From an uncultured Nitrospiraceae bacterium (GTDB taxonomy: Bacteria; Nitrospirota; Thermodesulfovibrionia; Thermodesulfovibrionales; Dissulfurispiraceae): 64,000 nucleotides of DNA. The notes under the pieces were generated by a model. It had not been told where the DNA came from. It worked only from the letters and a program-made list of their open reading frames with translations, and did no database searches. The DNA is taken from NCBI GenBank assembly GCA_963705105.1, contig CAVPIW010000006.1, forward strand, positions 384,001 to 448,000, in the 5' to 3' direction. Below are positions 9,228-18,229 of this stretch, piece after piece. Both the position numbers and the translations under genes were made by a program. How positions within the stretch are numbered: the stretch's first letter is position 1; every line of letters begins with the position of its first letter.

Positions 9228-9928
9228 TCCTTTATGCCACCTTTCTTCGCTTTTTCCGCGGCTTTTTTTCTGATCATTTCCATCTTCTCCAAGAAGGCAT
9301 TTTTTGTCCGCCGCTCTTCCTCGTCCTTCGGTTCGAACACGGGGTTCGTCACCCTCCAGGTGATCCGCGCACTGACCGGACCCTCAGGGTATGCCCCCAC
9401 GTCGTACAATGAATAGTCATCAAAAGGGGTGGCGGTCTCCTGGTAGCAGGACCAGACGGCCTTCCGGAGGATGTCGGGAGTTCCTTTGTTCAGGAGGTCC
9501 ACGACCTGCAGGATCTGATGCCGGAATCTCTCGACAAACTCCTCCGGCAGGTTGAAGAGATAGGGAGTCGGCGCAGAGGTTCCGACTATTTTTTTCCTTT
9601 TATCGATACCGTTTTTGACGAGGGAGATGATGGCCTCGCCCGTCGAGTGCCCCGGCGATTCCGGGCCTGTCACGATGAGATAACGGATGTTGGGGTTGCC
9701 GATGATGTTGCAGATCATCTTTTCGACGCCTATGTTTTCCGTCTGTATCGTGCCCGAAAGGGCCGCCCCCGATTCCACGCCCACCCTGACAAGCTCCTCG
9801 ATATCCTTCGGGATTTTGTCGTAGTCATAGATGAGCACGACGGCGACGGCGACGGGCGAAAAGTCGTTTCCTCTAAGATAATGGCCTTCTTCGGGGGGAT
9901 AGTCTGCGACCGGTTCGATTTTGAGCAT
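9224..9928 (-). CDS. mtrA: MtrA-like (tetrahydromethanopterin S-methyltransferase subunit A domain) soluble corrinoid protein
   Basis: YPPEEGHYLRGN..SPVAV, TENIGVEKMICNIIGNPNIRYLIVTGPESPGHSTGE, VERFRHQI; no C-terminal TM anchor. Confidence 0.85.
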   Translation of the reverse strand: MLKIEPVADYPPEEGHYLRGNDFSPVAVAVVLIYDYDKIPKDIEELVRVGVESGAALSGTIQTENIGVEKMICNIIGNPNIRYLIVTGPESPGHSTGEAIISLVKNGIDKRKKIVGTSAPTPYLFNLPEEFVERFRHQILQVVDLLNKGTPDILRKAVWSCYQETATPFDDYSLYDVGAYPEGPVSARITWRVTNPVFEPKDEEERRTKNAFLEKMEMIRKKAAEKAKKGGIKE

Positions 9929-9943
9929 TATTTCCTCCCTCTG

Positions 9944-11020
9944 TCACAGGGGTTTTGAATTGCTTACCCGGCAATACTGAATAGTGAAGTATTTTTTCTG
10001 GAAATAAAGCGCCACGTTGACGAGGCCGATCAGGACCGGCACCTCCACGAGGGGTCCGATGACGGCTGCGAAGGCCGCCCCGGAATGGATGCCGAACACG
10101 GCCACGGCGACGGCGATGGCGAGCTCGAAGTTGTTGCTTGCCGCTGTGAAGGAGAGGGTGGCCGATTTTTCGTAATCCGTCTTCAGCTTGTAACTCATAT
10201 AGAAGGAGACGAGGAACATGACGACGAAATAGATGAGAAGAGGTATGGCGATGCGAACGACATCCAGTGGCAGCTTTACGATGTAGTTGCCCTTGAGGGA
10301 AAACATGACGACGATCGTGAAAAGGAGGAAGAGGAGCGTCAGAGGGCTGATCCTGGGAATGAAGACCCGGTCGTACCACTGACGGTCTTTGATCCGGATG
10401 AGGCTGAAACGGGTGATCATGCCCGCGATGAAGGGGATGCCGAGATAGATGAAGACGCTCTCGGCGATCTGGCCTATGGTGATATTGACAATCGTCCCCT
10501 TGAGTCCGAACCAGGAGGGCAGGACGGTGATGAATATATAGGCGTAGACGGAATAGAAGAGCACCTGGAATATGGAGTTGAAGGCGACGAGCCCCGCCGC
10601 GTATTCGGGGTCTCCGCAGGCAAGGTCGTTCCAGACGATGACCATGGCGATGCAACGCGCCAGACCGATCATGATGAGACCTACCATATACTCGGGGTGA
10701 TCGGGCAGGAAGACGACGGCGAGAATAAACATCAATATCGGCCCGATGACCCAGTTCTGGAGCAGGGACAGTCCGAGCACCTTCTTGTTCCTGAAGACTT
10801 CACCCAGCTCCTCGTACTTCACCTTGGCGAGGGGCGGGTACATCATGAGGATCAGGCCGAGCGCGATGGGGATGTTCGTCGTGCCCACCTGAAAGCGGTT
10901 CCAGAAGTCGGCGATCTGGGGATAGAGGTATCCCGAGCCGACGCCGACGGCCATGGCGAGAAATATCCAAAGCGTGAGAAACCTGTCGAGGAAGGAGAGT
11001 CTCTTAACTGTTGCCGCCAT
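9944..11020 (-). CDS. acr3: Acr3 arsenite efflux transporter
   Basis: [40 protein letters not shown]. Confidence 0.95.
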   Translation of the reverse strand: MAATVKRLSFLDRFLTLWIFLAMAVGVGSGYLYPQIADFWNRFQVGTTNIPIALGLILMMYPPLAKVKYEELGEVFRNKKVLGLSLLQNWVIGPILMFILAVVFLPDHPEYMVGLIMIGLARCIAMVIVWNDLACGDPEYAAGLVAFNSIFQVLFYSVYAYIFITVLPSWFGLKGTIVNITIGQIAESVFIYLGIPFIAGMITRFSLIRIKDRQWYDRVFIPRISPLTLLFLLFTIVVMFSLKGNYIVKLPLDVVRIAIPLLIYFVVMFLVSFYMSYKLKTDYEKSATLSFTAASNNFELAIAVAVAVFGIHSGAAFAAVIGPLVEVPVLIGLVNVALYFQKKYFTIQYCRVSNSKPL

Positions 11021-11429
11021 TTGTTGCGCTCCTTTGCACACTGTTCTTAGAACAGGAACCGACGTTATCGACAGATTGAGATGGCGCCGCGCAGACCTTC
11101 CCTTGCGGTTTGCTCATGATGAACCCACGCAGTCTTTCGTTGTCTTTCAGGATAACGTCGCCGGCGAGGCGTTCAAGGACAGAAAGCATGAGGAACCTCT
11201 TGAAGAGATCCGATTCGTCAATGCGGTAGTGGATCCACCTTCCCTGTTTCCTATCTATGATGAGACCCGCATCTTTGAGAACACTCAGATGAAAGGATAC
11301 TTTCGGCTGCACCAGGTCGAGGGCGGTGAATATGTCACAGACACAGAGCTCCCCGCATTCAAGCAGCTTGAGGATTCTCAGGCGCGTCTCGTCCGAGAGG
11401 GCCTTCAGTATGCTCAGTACCTGCTGCAT
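11004..11429 (-). CDS. arsR: ArsR/SmtB metalloregulator
   Basis: [19 protein letters not shown] As-binding box, VSFHLSVL. Confidence 0.92.
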   Translation of the reverse strand: MQQVLSILKALSDETRLRILKLLECGELCVCDIFTALDLVQPKVSFHLSVLKDAGLIIDRKQGRWIHYRIDESDLFKRFLMLSVLERLAGDVILKDNERLRGFIMSKPQGKVCAAPSQSVDNVGSCSKNSVQRSATNGGNS

Positions 11430-11433
11430 GACC

Positions 11434-11673
11434 TCAGGCCTCGGATTGAATGAGGGTTTTCACCTTCTCGATGGTCGGAAGGGGCTTGCCGCTGTGTTTC
11501 AGCTTTCCGTTCACCACGAGTCCCGGCGTCGACATGGTGTACTTCATGATTTCTTTGAGGTCCGTTATCTTTTCGATATTCGCGTCGATGCCGAGGTCTT
11601 TGACGGCTTGGAGGGCTAATTCCTCCATCTTGTGGCAGTTTGCGCATCCAGGTCCCAAAACCTTGATTTCCAT
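11434..11673 (-). CDS. small redox-active disulfide protein (MTH895-like thioredoxin)
   Basis: MEIKVLGPGCANC...STPGLVVNG. Confidence 0.9.
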   Translation of the reverse strand: MEIKVLGPGCANCHKMEELALQAVKDLGIDANIEKITDLKEIMKYTMSTPGLVVNGKLKHSGKPLPTIEKVKTLIQSEA

Positions 11674-11768
11674 ATTAATTTCCTCCTGATTTCATCCGTG
11701 TCCAACATAATGTGATGCGAGGTCTTCGAGGTCTTACCGGTTCATTCGGATCAATCCCGGGTCCTGAT

Positions 11769-12719
11769 CTACAGTATAGCGTTGAACAGATATCCCACAG
11801 ATATGATCGTGATGGTCATGATACCGACAAAGACGGCCAGAAGGGGCACCTTCAGCACCTTTCTCAGGATGATCATCTCCGGGAGTGAAAGGGCCGTCAC
11901 TGCCATCATGAAGGCCAGGACCGTCCCCATGCTCATGCCTTTTCCCATGAGGGCGTACACGATGGGGATCACTCCTGCCGCGTTCGAGTAGAGCGGCACG
12001 CCGAGGGCAACCGCAATAGGCACGGCAAAGGGATTCTGCGGTCCCGCGTAGCGGGTCAGGAAATCCTGGGGCACATAGCCGTGGATGAAGCCCCCGATGC
12101 CGATGGCGATGACGATGAAGAGCCAGACCCGCTTGAGGATATCGGCGGTATTCAGCTTTGCATACTCGATCCTCTCACGGAAGGCCGGTTTCTCGATTTC
12201 CTGTTCCTGTCCCGATTTGAATTCATAGACGTATTCCTCGACCCACTTTTCGAGTTTGAGCTTGCCGATGACGAAGCCCCCGAAAACGGCGACGAGGAGG
12301 CCGGTGCCGATATAGATGGCAGTGACCTTCCACCCGAAGAGCCCCCAGAGGAGCACAATGGCCACCTCATTCACCATCGGAGAGGATATGAGGAATGACA
12401 GCGTCACGCCGAGGGGAACACCCGCCTCGACAAACCCGATGAAGAGGGGGACTGCCGAGCAGGAACAGAAAGGGGTGACGATGCCAAGCAGGGCAGCGAG
12501 GATGTTACCGATAAACTGTTTTTTATGAGAGAGGATCTTTTTCGTCCTCTCCGGGGGGAAATAGCTCCTGATTATGGAGACGCAGAATATGATGACCGAC
12601 AGGAGAAGGAAAATCTTCAGGGTGTCATAGATGAAGAAATCAAGGGCATCTCCGAGGGGTGAGCCCTTTTGAAGGTTCAGGAGGTCGAAGGTGACATAGG
12701 CTGCGAATTCTTTCAGCAC
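11769..12719 (-). CDS. arsP: ArsP/DUF318 family permease
   Basis: TPFCSCSAVP, FLISSP, GVPLYSNAAG, ALSLPE motifs; GTG start. Confidence 0.88.
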   Translation of the reverse strand: MLKEFAAYVTFDLLNLQKGSPLGDALDFFIYDTLKIFLLLSVIIFCVSIIRSYFPPERTKKILSHKKQFIGNILAALLGIVTPFCSCSAVPLFIGFVEAGVPLGVTLSFLISSPMVNEVAIVLLWGLFGWKVTAIYIGTGLLVAVFGGFVIGKLKLEKWVEEYVYEFKSGQEQEIEKPAFRERIEYAKLNTADILKRVWLFIVIAIGIGGFIHGYVPQDFLTRYAGPQNPFAVPIAVALGVPLYSNAAGVIPIVYALMGKGMSMGTVLAFMMAVTALSLPEMIILRKVLKVPLLAVFVGIMTITIISVGYLFNAIL

Positions 12720-12735
12720 GCAGGCAACTCCTAAA

Positions 12736-12782
12736 ATATAAAATCTTGTTTATATATTAAGGCATCTCATTCCTGATGTCAA
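12736..12782 (-). promoter_or_regulatory. sigma70 promoter with adjacent palindromic operator for the ars cluster
   Basis: TTGACA(12782-12777)-17 bp-TAATAT(12759-12754); palindrome ATATAAA-N6-TTTATAT at 12736-12755. Confidence 0.7.
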
Positions 12783-12807
12783 GTGCCGACGGTGAAGATA
12801 CCCAACA

Positions 12808-12990
12808 GTTGCATGAAAAGGCGGGGCGAAGCGCCTCAAAGCCTTGGTGAAGGCGACGATGAGCATTATCAGGTTTGTTTTCAGGAATACGCTCGGTATG
12901 CATTCGACCATCGGTTTGAACCGTCGTCTTCTGTAACGGTTATGGTGTCGCCGCACCAAGGTTTTCGGCGCATACACCCCGCCTTTTCTG
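12808..12990 (-). repeat. family A palindromic element, copy 2
   Basis: GTTGCATGAAAAGGCGGGG...GGTTTTCGGCGCATACACCCCGCCTTTT. Confidence 0.85.
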
Positions 12991-13028
12991 AGTGCGCATT
13001 GCCGGGGACGTCATTTACGATGTGACAA

Positions 13029-14006
13029 TTACAGAAAGTACTGTGAAATGTACCGAAAAGCGAGATAGACGATTATGCACCCGAGGACGAGCTTTATATA
13101 CCGCTGCGGTATGAACTTCTGGCAGCGGGCGCCGAGGTATATGCCGACGGTGCCGCCGATGCCGAAGAGAAATCCCAGGAGCCAGTCAGGGCTTGTCGCC
13201 ATGCCTGCCTTGGCGGGGATGACGCTGTAGAAGAACACCCCGGCGATGGATGTGATGAAGGTGCCCATGAGGGCGGCGCCGGCGATCGTGTAAACGGGCA
13301 GGTGAAAGACGGCGACGCAGAAGGGCGCTATGATCGCCCCTCCGCCGATGCCGTATGTCCCGCCGATGATGCCCACGACAAAGGCGAGAATGAACATGCC
13401 GATGGTGCTGTAGGAGAACCGCTCGCCCCAGAACTCATACTCGATCCTCGTGAGGGACCACGAGACCGTCTTCACAAGCGCCTCGGGCGGCAACCCTGAC
13501 GCCACCCGCGAGTTTTGCTGAGCTTTAATCTCGTCGGCCCGCTCTTTGAACTTCTTTTCAAGCGCCTTGTTCGCCTGGTTCTGGGCCCGCGCTTTCCCCG
13601 TGAATTCATAGAGGAGCCTGATGCCGATGTAGAGGAGGACGGAGCCGACGAAGAACTTGAACGTCCTGGGGTCGGGCAGATAGGTCACCCTGAGCCAATA
13701 GCCGATGAAGACGCCGGGCAGTGTGCCGACGATCACGACCCATGTGAGCGGCCAGGCCATGCGGCCTTCCTTGAGATAGCGGTAAACGCCGCTCGGGATG
13801 GCAACGATATTGAAGATGAAGTTAGTGCCGCTGACCGATGGACTCGTGTAATTCAGATAGCTCACCTGGAACGGCAGAAGAAGGAAAGCTCCCGACACGC
13901 CGCCCATGGAGGTGAAAAATGACACGACCATCGCCACAAGAGGGGGGATGAGGACGCTCGTCGTTACTCCGGACACGGGGAAGGCATAGGTCAGAAAATC
14001 AAACAT
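13029..14006 (-). CDS. TauE/SafE (TSUP) family transporter
   Basis: SMGGVSGAFLLLP and GTYGIGGGAIIAP repeats; multi-TM. Confidence 0.9.
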   Translation of the reverse strand: MFDFLTYAFPVSGVTTSVLIPPLVAMVVSFFTSMGGVSGAFLLLPFQVSYLNYTSPSVSGTNFIFNIVAIPSGVYRYLKEGRMAWPLTWVVIVGTLPGVFIGYWLRVTYLPDPRTFKFFVGSVLLYIGIRLLYEFTGKARAQNQANKALEKKFKERADEIKAQQNSRVASGLPPEALVKTVSWSLTRIEYEFWGERFSYSTIGMFILAFVVGIIGGTYGIGGGAIIAPFCVAVFHLPVYTIAGAALMGTFITSIAGVFFYSVIPAKAGMATSPDWLLGFLFGIGGTVGIYLGARCQKFIPQRYIKLVLGCIIVYLAFRYISQYFL

Positions 14007-14061
14007 GGTATCCTCCTTTTGCTGACGCCAGCACGGTCACAGAAGCGTTGACATCTTGATA

Positions 14062-14121
14062 ATCACGATTATAAAATAAATCGTGATAGTTCATTATATC
14101 AGCGGTCTGGCGCGATGTCAA
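14062..14121 (-). promoter_or_regulatory. consensus sigma70 promoter of the TSUP gene plus a 26-bp TunR-type operator
   Basis: TTGACA(14121-14116)-17-TATAAT(14098-14093); palindrome ATCACGATT-N8-AATCGTGAT at 14062-14087, just downstream of the -10. Confidence 0.8.
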
Positions 14122-14238
14122 GATTTCTCGTCCCCGTATTGCATTCGGTGAAACTTGTATGCACAATTACAGGAAGGATCATTGGTGTCCAAAATAATGT
14201 GTCACGAGGACAGGGCATGATTTCTTCGCATAATAAAC

Positions 14239-14442
14239 CCTTATCACCGCAATGAGATCTCAGGAAAGACGGGGCGAATGCGCCGAAAAGCATCGGTGCT
14301 GCGAAACCGCTGCCTTCCCGTACAGACCATTGCAGACCAACGATCGATGACAGGTCGAATGAATTCCTCATACACCAATAATAAACAATCATGCTCGCTA
14401 TCAGCGAGGCTTTGAGGCGTTTTGCACCGTCTTTTCGTGCAA
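14239..14442 (+). repeat. family A element, copy 3 (divergent)
   Basis: CCTTATC...AAAGACGGGG...GCGCCGAAAA...GGCTTTGAGGCG...CCGTCTTTT. Confidence 0.75.
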
Positions 14443-14556
14443 GGCAACCGTGAATTATGCTTCAGAAACCAGACCCTATCCTCGTTTTCAAAGTCTGACT
14501 GCAAAATATTTCGGACAGGGGCGGGGAAGGATATAGCCGGATTTGAGGCAGGATAG

Positions 14557-15606
14557 ATGAAGCGCCAACATAGGACGGATCTGCCGGATAACGCGCGGTG
14601 TCTGGACGCCGGCGAGCTGAGAACGCTGGAACAGTCATTCCGGGAATGGGCTGAAGCGAGTCCCCGCCGGGACGTCCTCCTGTCACGGAAGCGCACATTG
14701 CTCATTTTCCTCCTGATCCGTCACACCGGGGCGAAGCTGAATGAGGTGTTGTCTCTCAACCCGCTCCGCGACATAGACCATAAGCGCTTCTGCATCTTCT
14801 TCGGCACACCGGATGACACCACGGGCGAGCAACGCGCACGAGAAGTCCCCATATCCCGTTCGTTTTCCTCCGAGATCCGCTCAATGCTCGATGACGGTGC
14901 TTTCAGAGAGACTGTAAAGGACGGGCTGGACACAGACCCCGGTTTTATCAGGCTGAAATTTTACGAGCGCGCGCAGGCCTGCGGATTCCCCAAGCGTTTG
15001 GGGGGGCCTGAAATGATCCGCAAGGCCCGGGCTGTGGAGTTGGCGGAGAACAACATGCCTTTACCGGCGGTGCAGATGCTGCTGGGTCATTCGACGCCCG
15101 GTTTGACGTCTTCCTATGTTACATTCTCCGAAGCCGAGATCACGCAGGTAACGCGACATTTCATAGAAAAGGAGTCCTCCCGGCGAACGAGCGCGCGAAA
15201 CTCCTTTTTCGGAAAAGTACAATCAATACAGCAGGGCGACATACAGACACGAGTCGTTCTTTCTACCGTCGAAGGTCACCGGGTAACCACCGTAATTACC
15301 AATGACAGTGTTCAGCGGCTCGGCCTGAGGGTGGGAAAGCTGATGACCGCTGAGGTGAAGGCCCCCTGGGTCATCCTGCAGAAAAGCGACAGCAGACCCC
15401 TGTGCACCGCGGAAAACGTGTTCAGCGGCGTTGTTGAACGGGTGACCAGGGGTGAAGTCAACACGGAGTACGTTGTCAGAATCTCCGACGGAACAAGGCT
15501 CTGTTCTGTTGTCGGCACCGAAAGTGCCCGGAGCGTGGACCTCGACAAGGGTGATACCGCCTGGGCATTGTTCAACTGCCATGCCGTCGTCCTTCATGTG
15601 GATTAA
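14557..15606 (+). CDS. tunR: TunR-family regulator: degenerate tyrosine-recombinase-like domain plus two TOBE domains
   Basis: HTGAKLNEVL, EMIRK, LLGHS..TSSY, followed by TSARN and two TOBE (molybdate/tungstate-binding) repeats. Confidence 0.85.
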   Translation: MKRQHRTDLPDNARCLDAGELRTLEQSFREWAEASPRRDVLLSRKRTLLIFLLIRHTGAKLNEVLSLNPLRDIDHKRFCIFFGTPDDTTGEQRAREVPISRSFSSEIRSMLDDGAFRETVKDGLDTDPGFIRLKFYERAQACGFPKRLGGPEMIRKARAVELAENNMPLPAVQMLLGHSTPGLTSSYVTFSEAEITQVTRHFIEKESSRRTSARNSFFGKVQSIQQGDIQTRVVLSTVEGHRVTTVITNDSVQRLGLRVGKLMTAEVKAPWVILQKSDSRPLCTAENVFSGVVERVTRGEVNTEYVVRISDGTRLCSVVGTESARSVDLDKGDTAWALFNCHAVVLHVD

Positions 15607-15613
15607 CCGTGCA

Positions 15614-15803
15614 GTTGCACAGAAAGGCGGGGCGAAGCGCTCTGAAAGACAGTGTGAGTGTCAGTGTGAGTGCCGGGGAAAAGGCTCACTTTTTTCGACC
15701 ATTGGCTTGAAAGGTTGTCTTCAGTGAAGGGGAAGGTGTCGCCGCATCAAGGTTTTCGGCGCATACACCCCGCCTTACCGGAGACCCTATTGCAACGATA
15801 AGG
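15614..15803 (-). repeat. family A element, copy 4 (hexamer-repeat subtype)
   Basis: GTTGCACAGAAAGGCGGGG...AGTGTGAGTGTCAGTGTG...TGCAACGATAAGG. Confidence 0.85.
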
Positions 15804-15844
15804 TTAACACTGTGGTATCAGGTCAACGCTCTCCTGATAAAAAC

Positions 15845-17020
15845 ATGCCGGATGATCGCCCGGGACGGGACGCCCCGTCTCTGCCAGACCTATTTGCCTG
15901 TTTTGTCCGGCTCGGGCTGACCGCCTTCGGCGGCCCCGCCATGCTGGCAAACATCAGGCAGGTCGTTGTTCAAAAACATAGCTGGATCGAAGAGCCATCT
16001 TTTCAGCGGGGCGTGGCCCTCTGTCAATTGATTCCCGGTGCGACGGTCATGCAGATGGCCGCATACGTCGGCTTTCAGCTCGCCGGGATCCGGGGCGCCC
16101 TTACGGCATTTGCCGGTTTTGGCCTCCCCGCTTTCCTCCTGATGCTTCTCCTGTCTGCTCTCTACGTATCGGCGCGGGATCTCTGGTGGAGCATTTCACT
16201 CTTTAAGGGGCTCCAGGTCCTTGTCGTCGCCATCGTCGCCCATGCAGCATGGCTGTTCGGCAACAGTATCGTGAAAGGCGCCGGGGCAGGTGTCATAGCC
16301 GTATGTTCCTCTCTGCTGCTCGGCGCGGGGCTGAATCCGTTCACAGTGATTCTGCTGTCCGCGGGCGCCGGCATGTTGTTGTTCCGCTATCAGGTTTCAT
16401 CGGGATCGCCACCGCCGGGTGCCTTGTCAGCCCGGACCCGGTCAGGGACTCTCATCCTCATTGCGCCGTTTGTATGGGCGGGACTCCTCTATCTGTTCAG
16501 CGACGAGTTTTGCCGTCTTGCCATGCTCATGATGAAGATCGACCTGTTCGCATTCGGCGGGGGCTTCGGTTCACTGCCGCTGATGTACCATGAGGTGGTC
16601 GAGGTCAGAGGGTGGCTGGACGGCAAGACGCTGATGGACGGCATCGCTCTCGGCCAGATGACCCCCGGACCTATCGTCATCACCGCCACTTTTGTCGGAT
16701 ACATATTGCACCAAACAGCCGGAGCCGCCGTTGCAACGGTGAGCGTGTTCCTGCCCTCCTTCGTCATCGTTGTCTTTGCTGCTCCCTTCTTCGACCGGAT
16801 CAGCTCTTCGGCGACCGTCCAGAGGGCATTGAGAGGGATCCTCGCATCTTTCGTCGGGCTCCTCGTCTTCGTGACGCTGAAGTTCACGGGAGCCGTCATG
16901 TGGGATATTGCAGGGGTTTTTCTTCTGGTTGCAGCTCTCATAGCGCTCGTACGGAAAGTCGATTTGCTGCTCATCATCACCATAGGTGCCTGTCTGTCGG
17001 TTGTCCTGTTCAGGCGTTGA
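15845..17020 (+). CDS. chrA: chromate efflux transporter (CHR family, two-domain)
   Basis: LGLTAFGGP, CQLIPG, FAFGGGFG, GQMTPGP, FLPSF. Confidence 0.92.
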   Translation: MPDDRPGRDAPSLPDLFACFVRLGLTAFGGPAMLANIRQVVVQKHSWIEEPSFQRGVALCQLIPGATVMQMAAYVGFQLAGIRGALTAFAGFGLPAFLLMLLLSALYVSARDLWWSISLFKGLQVLVVAIVAHAAWLFGNSIVKGAGAGVIAVCSSLLLGAGLNPFTVILLSAGAGMLLFRYQVSSGSPPPGALSARTRSGTLILIAPFVWAGLLYLFSDEFCRLAMLMMKIDLFAFGGGFGSLPLMYHEVVEVRGWLDGKTLMDGIALGQMTPGPIVITATFVGYILHQTAGAAVATVSVFLPSFVIVVFAAPFFDRISSSATVQRALRGILASFVGLLVFVTLKFTGAVMWDIAGVFLLVAALIALVRKVDLLLIITIGACLSVVLFRR

Positions 17021-17050
17021 CAGCCTGCGGCTATCGGCGTGATGAATGAA

Positions 17051-17220
17051 CCTTATCGTTGAAATATGCCCGCAGGAAGGGCTGGGTGTATGCGCCGAAA
17101 ACCTTGCTGCGGCGACACCTGTATCGTGACATGGGGGAATTGGACATCTTTTCCGACACTGACACTGACACTCACACGGGCACTGTTTTCAGAGTGCGTC
17201 GCCCCGCCCTTGTATGCAAC
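17051..17220 (+). repeat. family A element, copy 5 (hexamer subtype)
   Basis: CCTTATCGTTG...GACACTGACACTGACACTCACAC...TGCAAC. Confidence 0.85.
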
Positions 17221-17268
17221 TGAAAGGTGATCTGACAATAGAAAATGTGGATTTAAAAGGAGGAACGG

Positions 17269-17580
17269 ATGTGCTCATGTGAAATACTCATTACCTGGAG
17301 CGATGAGGCTCAGGCCTATGTCGCCGAGGTGCCCGGCCTTCCGGGCTGCTTTGCCTTCGGAGACTCTCCGGACGAGGCCCGGGAGAATTGCCAGGAAGAG
17401 ATGGCGGCGAGGTTTTATTGGGGAGGGTAGACCTGGCTGTTACCCGTCGCCAGGGCCGAAAAGGGGCACATCATGAGGGTGCTGACAGCCGCAAAAGGCA
17501 ACAGGACGAGGTCCGCCGAAATGCTTGGCATCAGCAGGAAGACCCTCTGGGAAAAGATGACGGCCTACGGGATCGAATAG
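17269..17580 (+). pseudogene. HicB-like antitoxin fragment followed in frame, after TAG 17428-17430, by a Fis-type HTH
   Basis: ILITWSDEAQAYVAEVPGLPGCFAFGDSPDEA ... * ... GNRTRSAEMLGISRKTLWEKM. Confidence 0.6.
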
Positions 17581-17692
17581 GAATAGGCAGAAAAGCAGCG
17601 CAGATAGCACGTGTGACAGGTGAACCATTCTACGCTTTGTCATTCCGACAACTTTTCCTGTGGTAAAATGAAACATCCGGTGAGGAGAGTGT

Positions 17693-17914
17693 ATGGTGAC
17701 TTTTGACAGGATTACATTTGATCCGGGAATCATGGGAGGCAGGGCCTGCATTAGAGGAATGCGTATTCCTGTCTCGGTTATTGTCGGACAGATCGCTCAC
17801 GGGGCGACTGTAGAGGAGATTTTGGGGGACTATCCGGACATTGAGCCTGACGACATCCGCCAGGCCCTCGAATATGCAGCCTGGCTCGCCCAGGAAGAAG
17901 TCTATTCGGCGTAA
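17693..17914 (+). CDS. DUF433 antitoxin-like protein
   Basis: RITFDPGIMGGRACIRGMRIPV...EILGDYP...ALEYAA. Confidence 0.9.
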   Translation: MVTFDRITFDPGIMGGRACIRGMRIPVSVIVGQIAHGATVEEILGDYPDIEPDDIRQALEYAAWLAQEEVYSA

Positions 17915-17915
17915 T

Positions 17916-18191
17916 GGGCCATAAGGTCTTCATACACAAAGAAGACGGCACGGACTCCGTTCAATACTTTAAACTCGAAGACGGCGCAGTCATGCTGGAG
18001 CCGGACGTAAGGAAGTACTTCCCCACTTCTGACGCGGTTAATAAGGCCCTCAGATTATTGATCGAGATTGTTCCGGCAAGGAAGCGTGTATCCGGCCATC
18101 GGAAATGACACGATCATTTATGCACCGGAGCGACATGAATCTGCTCCTGAGCGTATCGGGAAACTTAATTCGCAATTCAAGACCTGGCACC
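17916..18191 (+). repeat. ~275-bp direct repeat (3' half of a BrnA-like antitoxin plus downstream DNA), copy 1
   Basis: Near-identical to 23604-23888; encodes VMLEPDVRKYFPTSDAVNKALR. Confidence 0.9.
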
Positions 18192-18229
18192 TTGTGCCCC
18201 TTTTTTGCAAGTGAAGGGGGGTTAACTTC

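Noticed and set aside
9224..9928. Evidence of methanogenesis or of hgcA mercury methylation
   Set aside because: No other mtr or mcr genes are present, and there is no HgcA cap-helix motif, TM region or hgcB.
2048..12719. Selenocysteine read-through in the redox genes
   Set aside because: All Cys motifs read as Cys, and I saw no in-frame TGA interrupting a recognisable domain.
12750..12977. Small ORFs containing APKTLLRRH-like peptides (also 29360, 30969, 33945, 61677)
   Set aside because: They are translations of the family A repeat, in inconsistent frames and lengths.
14557..15606. Site-specific integrase marking a genomic island or integron
   Set aside because: Catalytic residues are degenerate and two TOBE domains follow; it fits a TunR regulator, not IntI.
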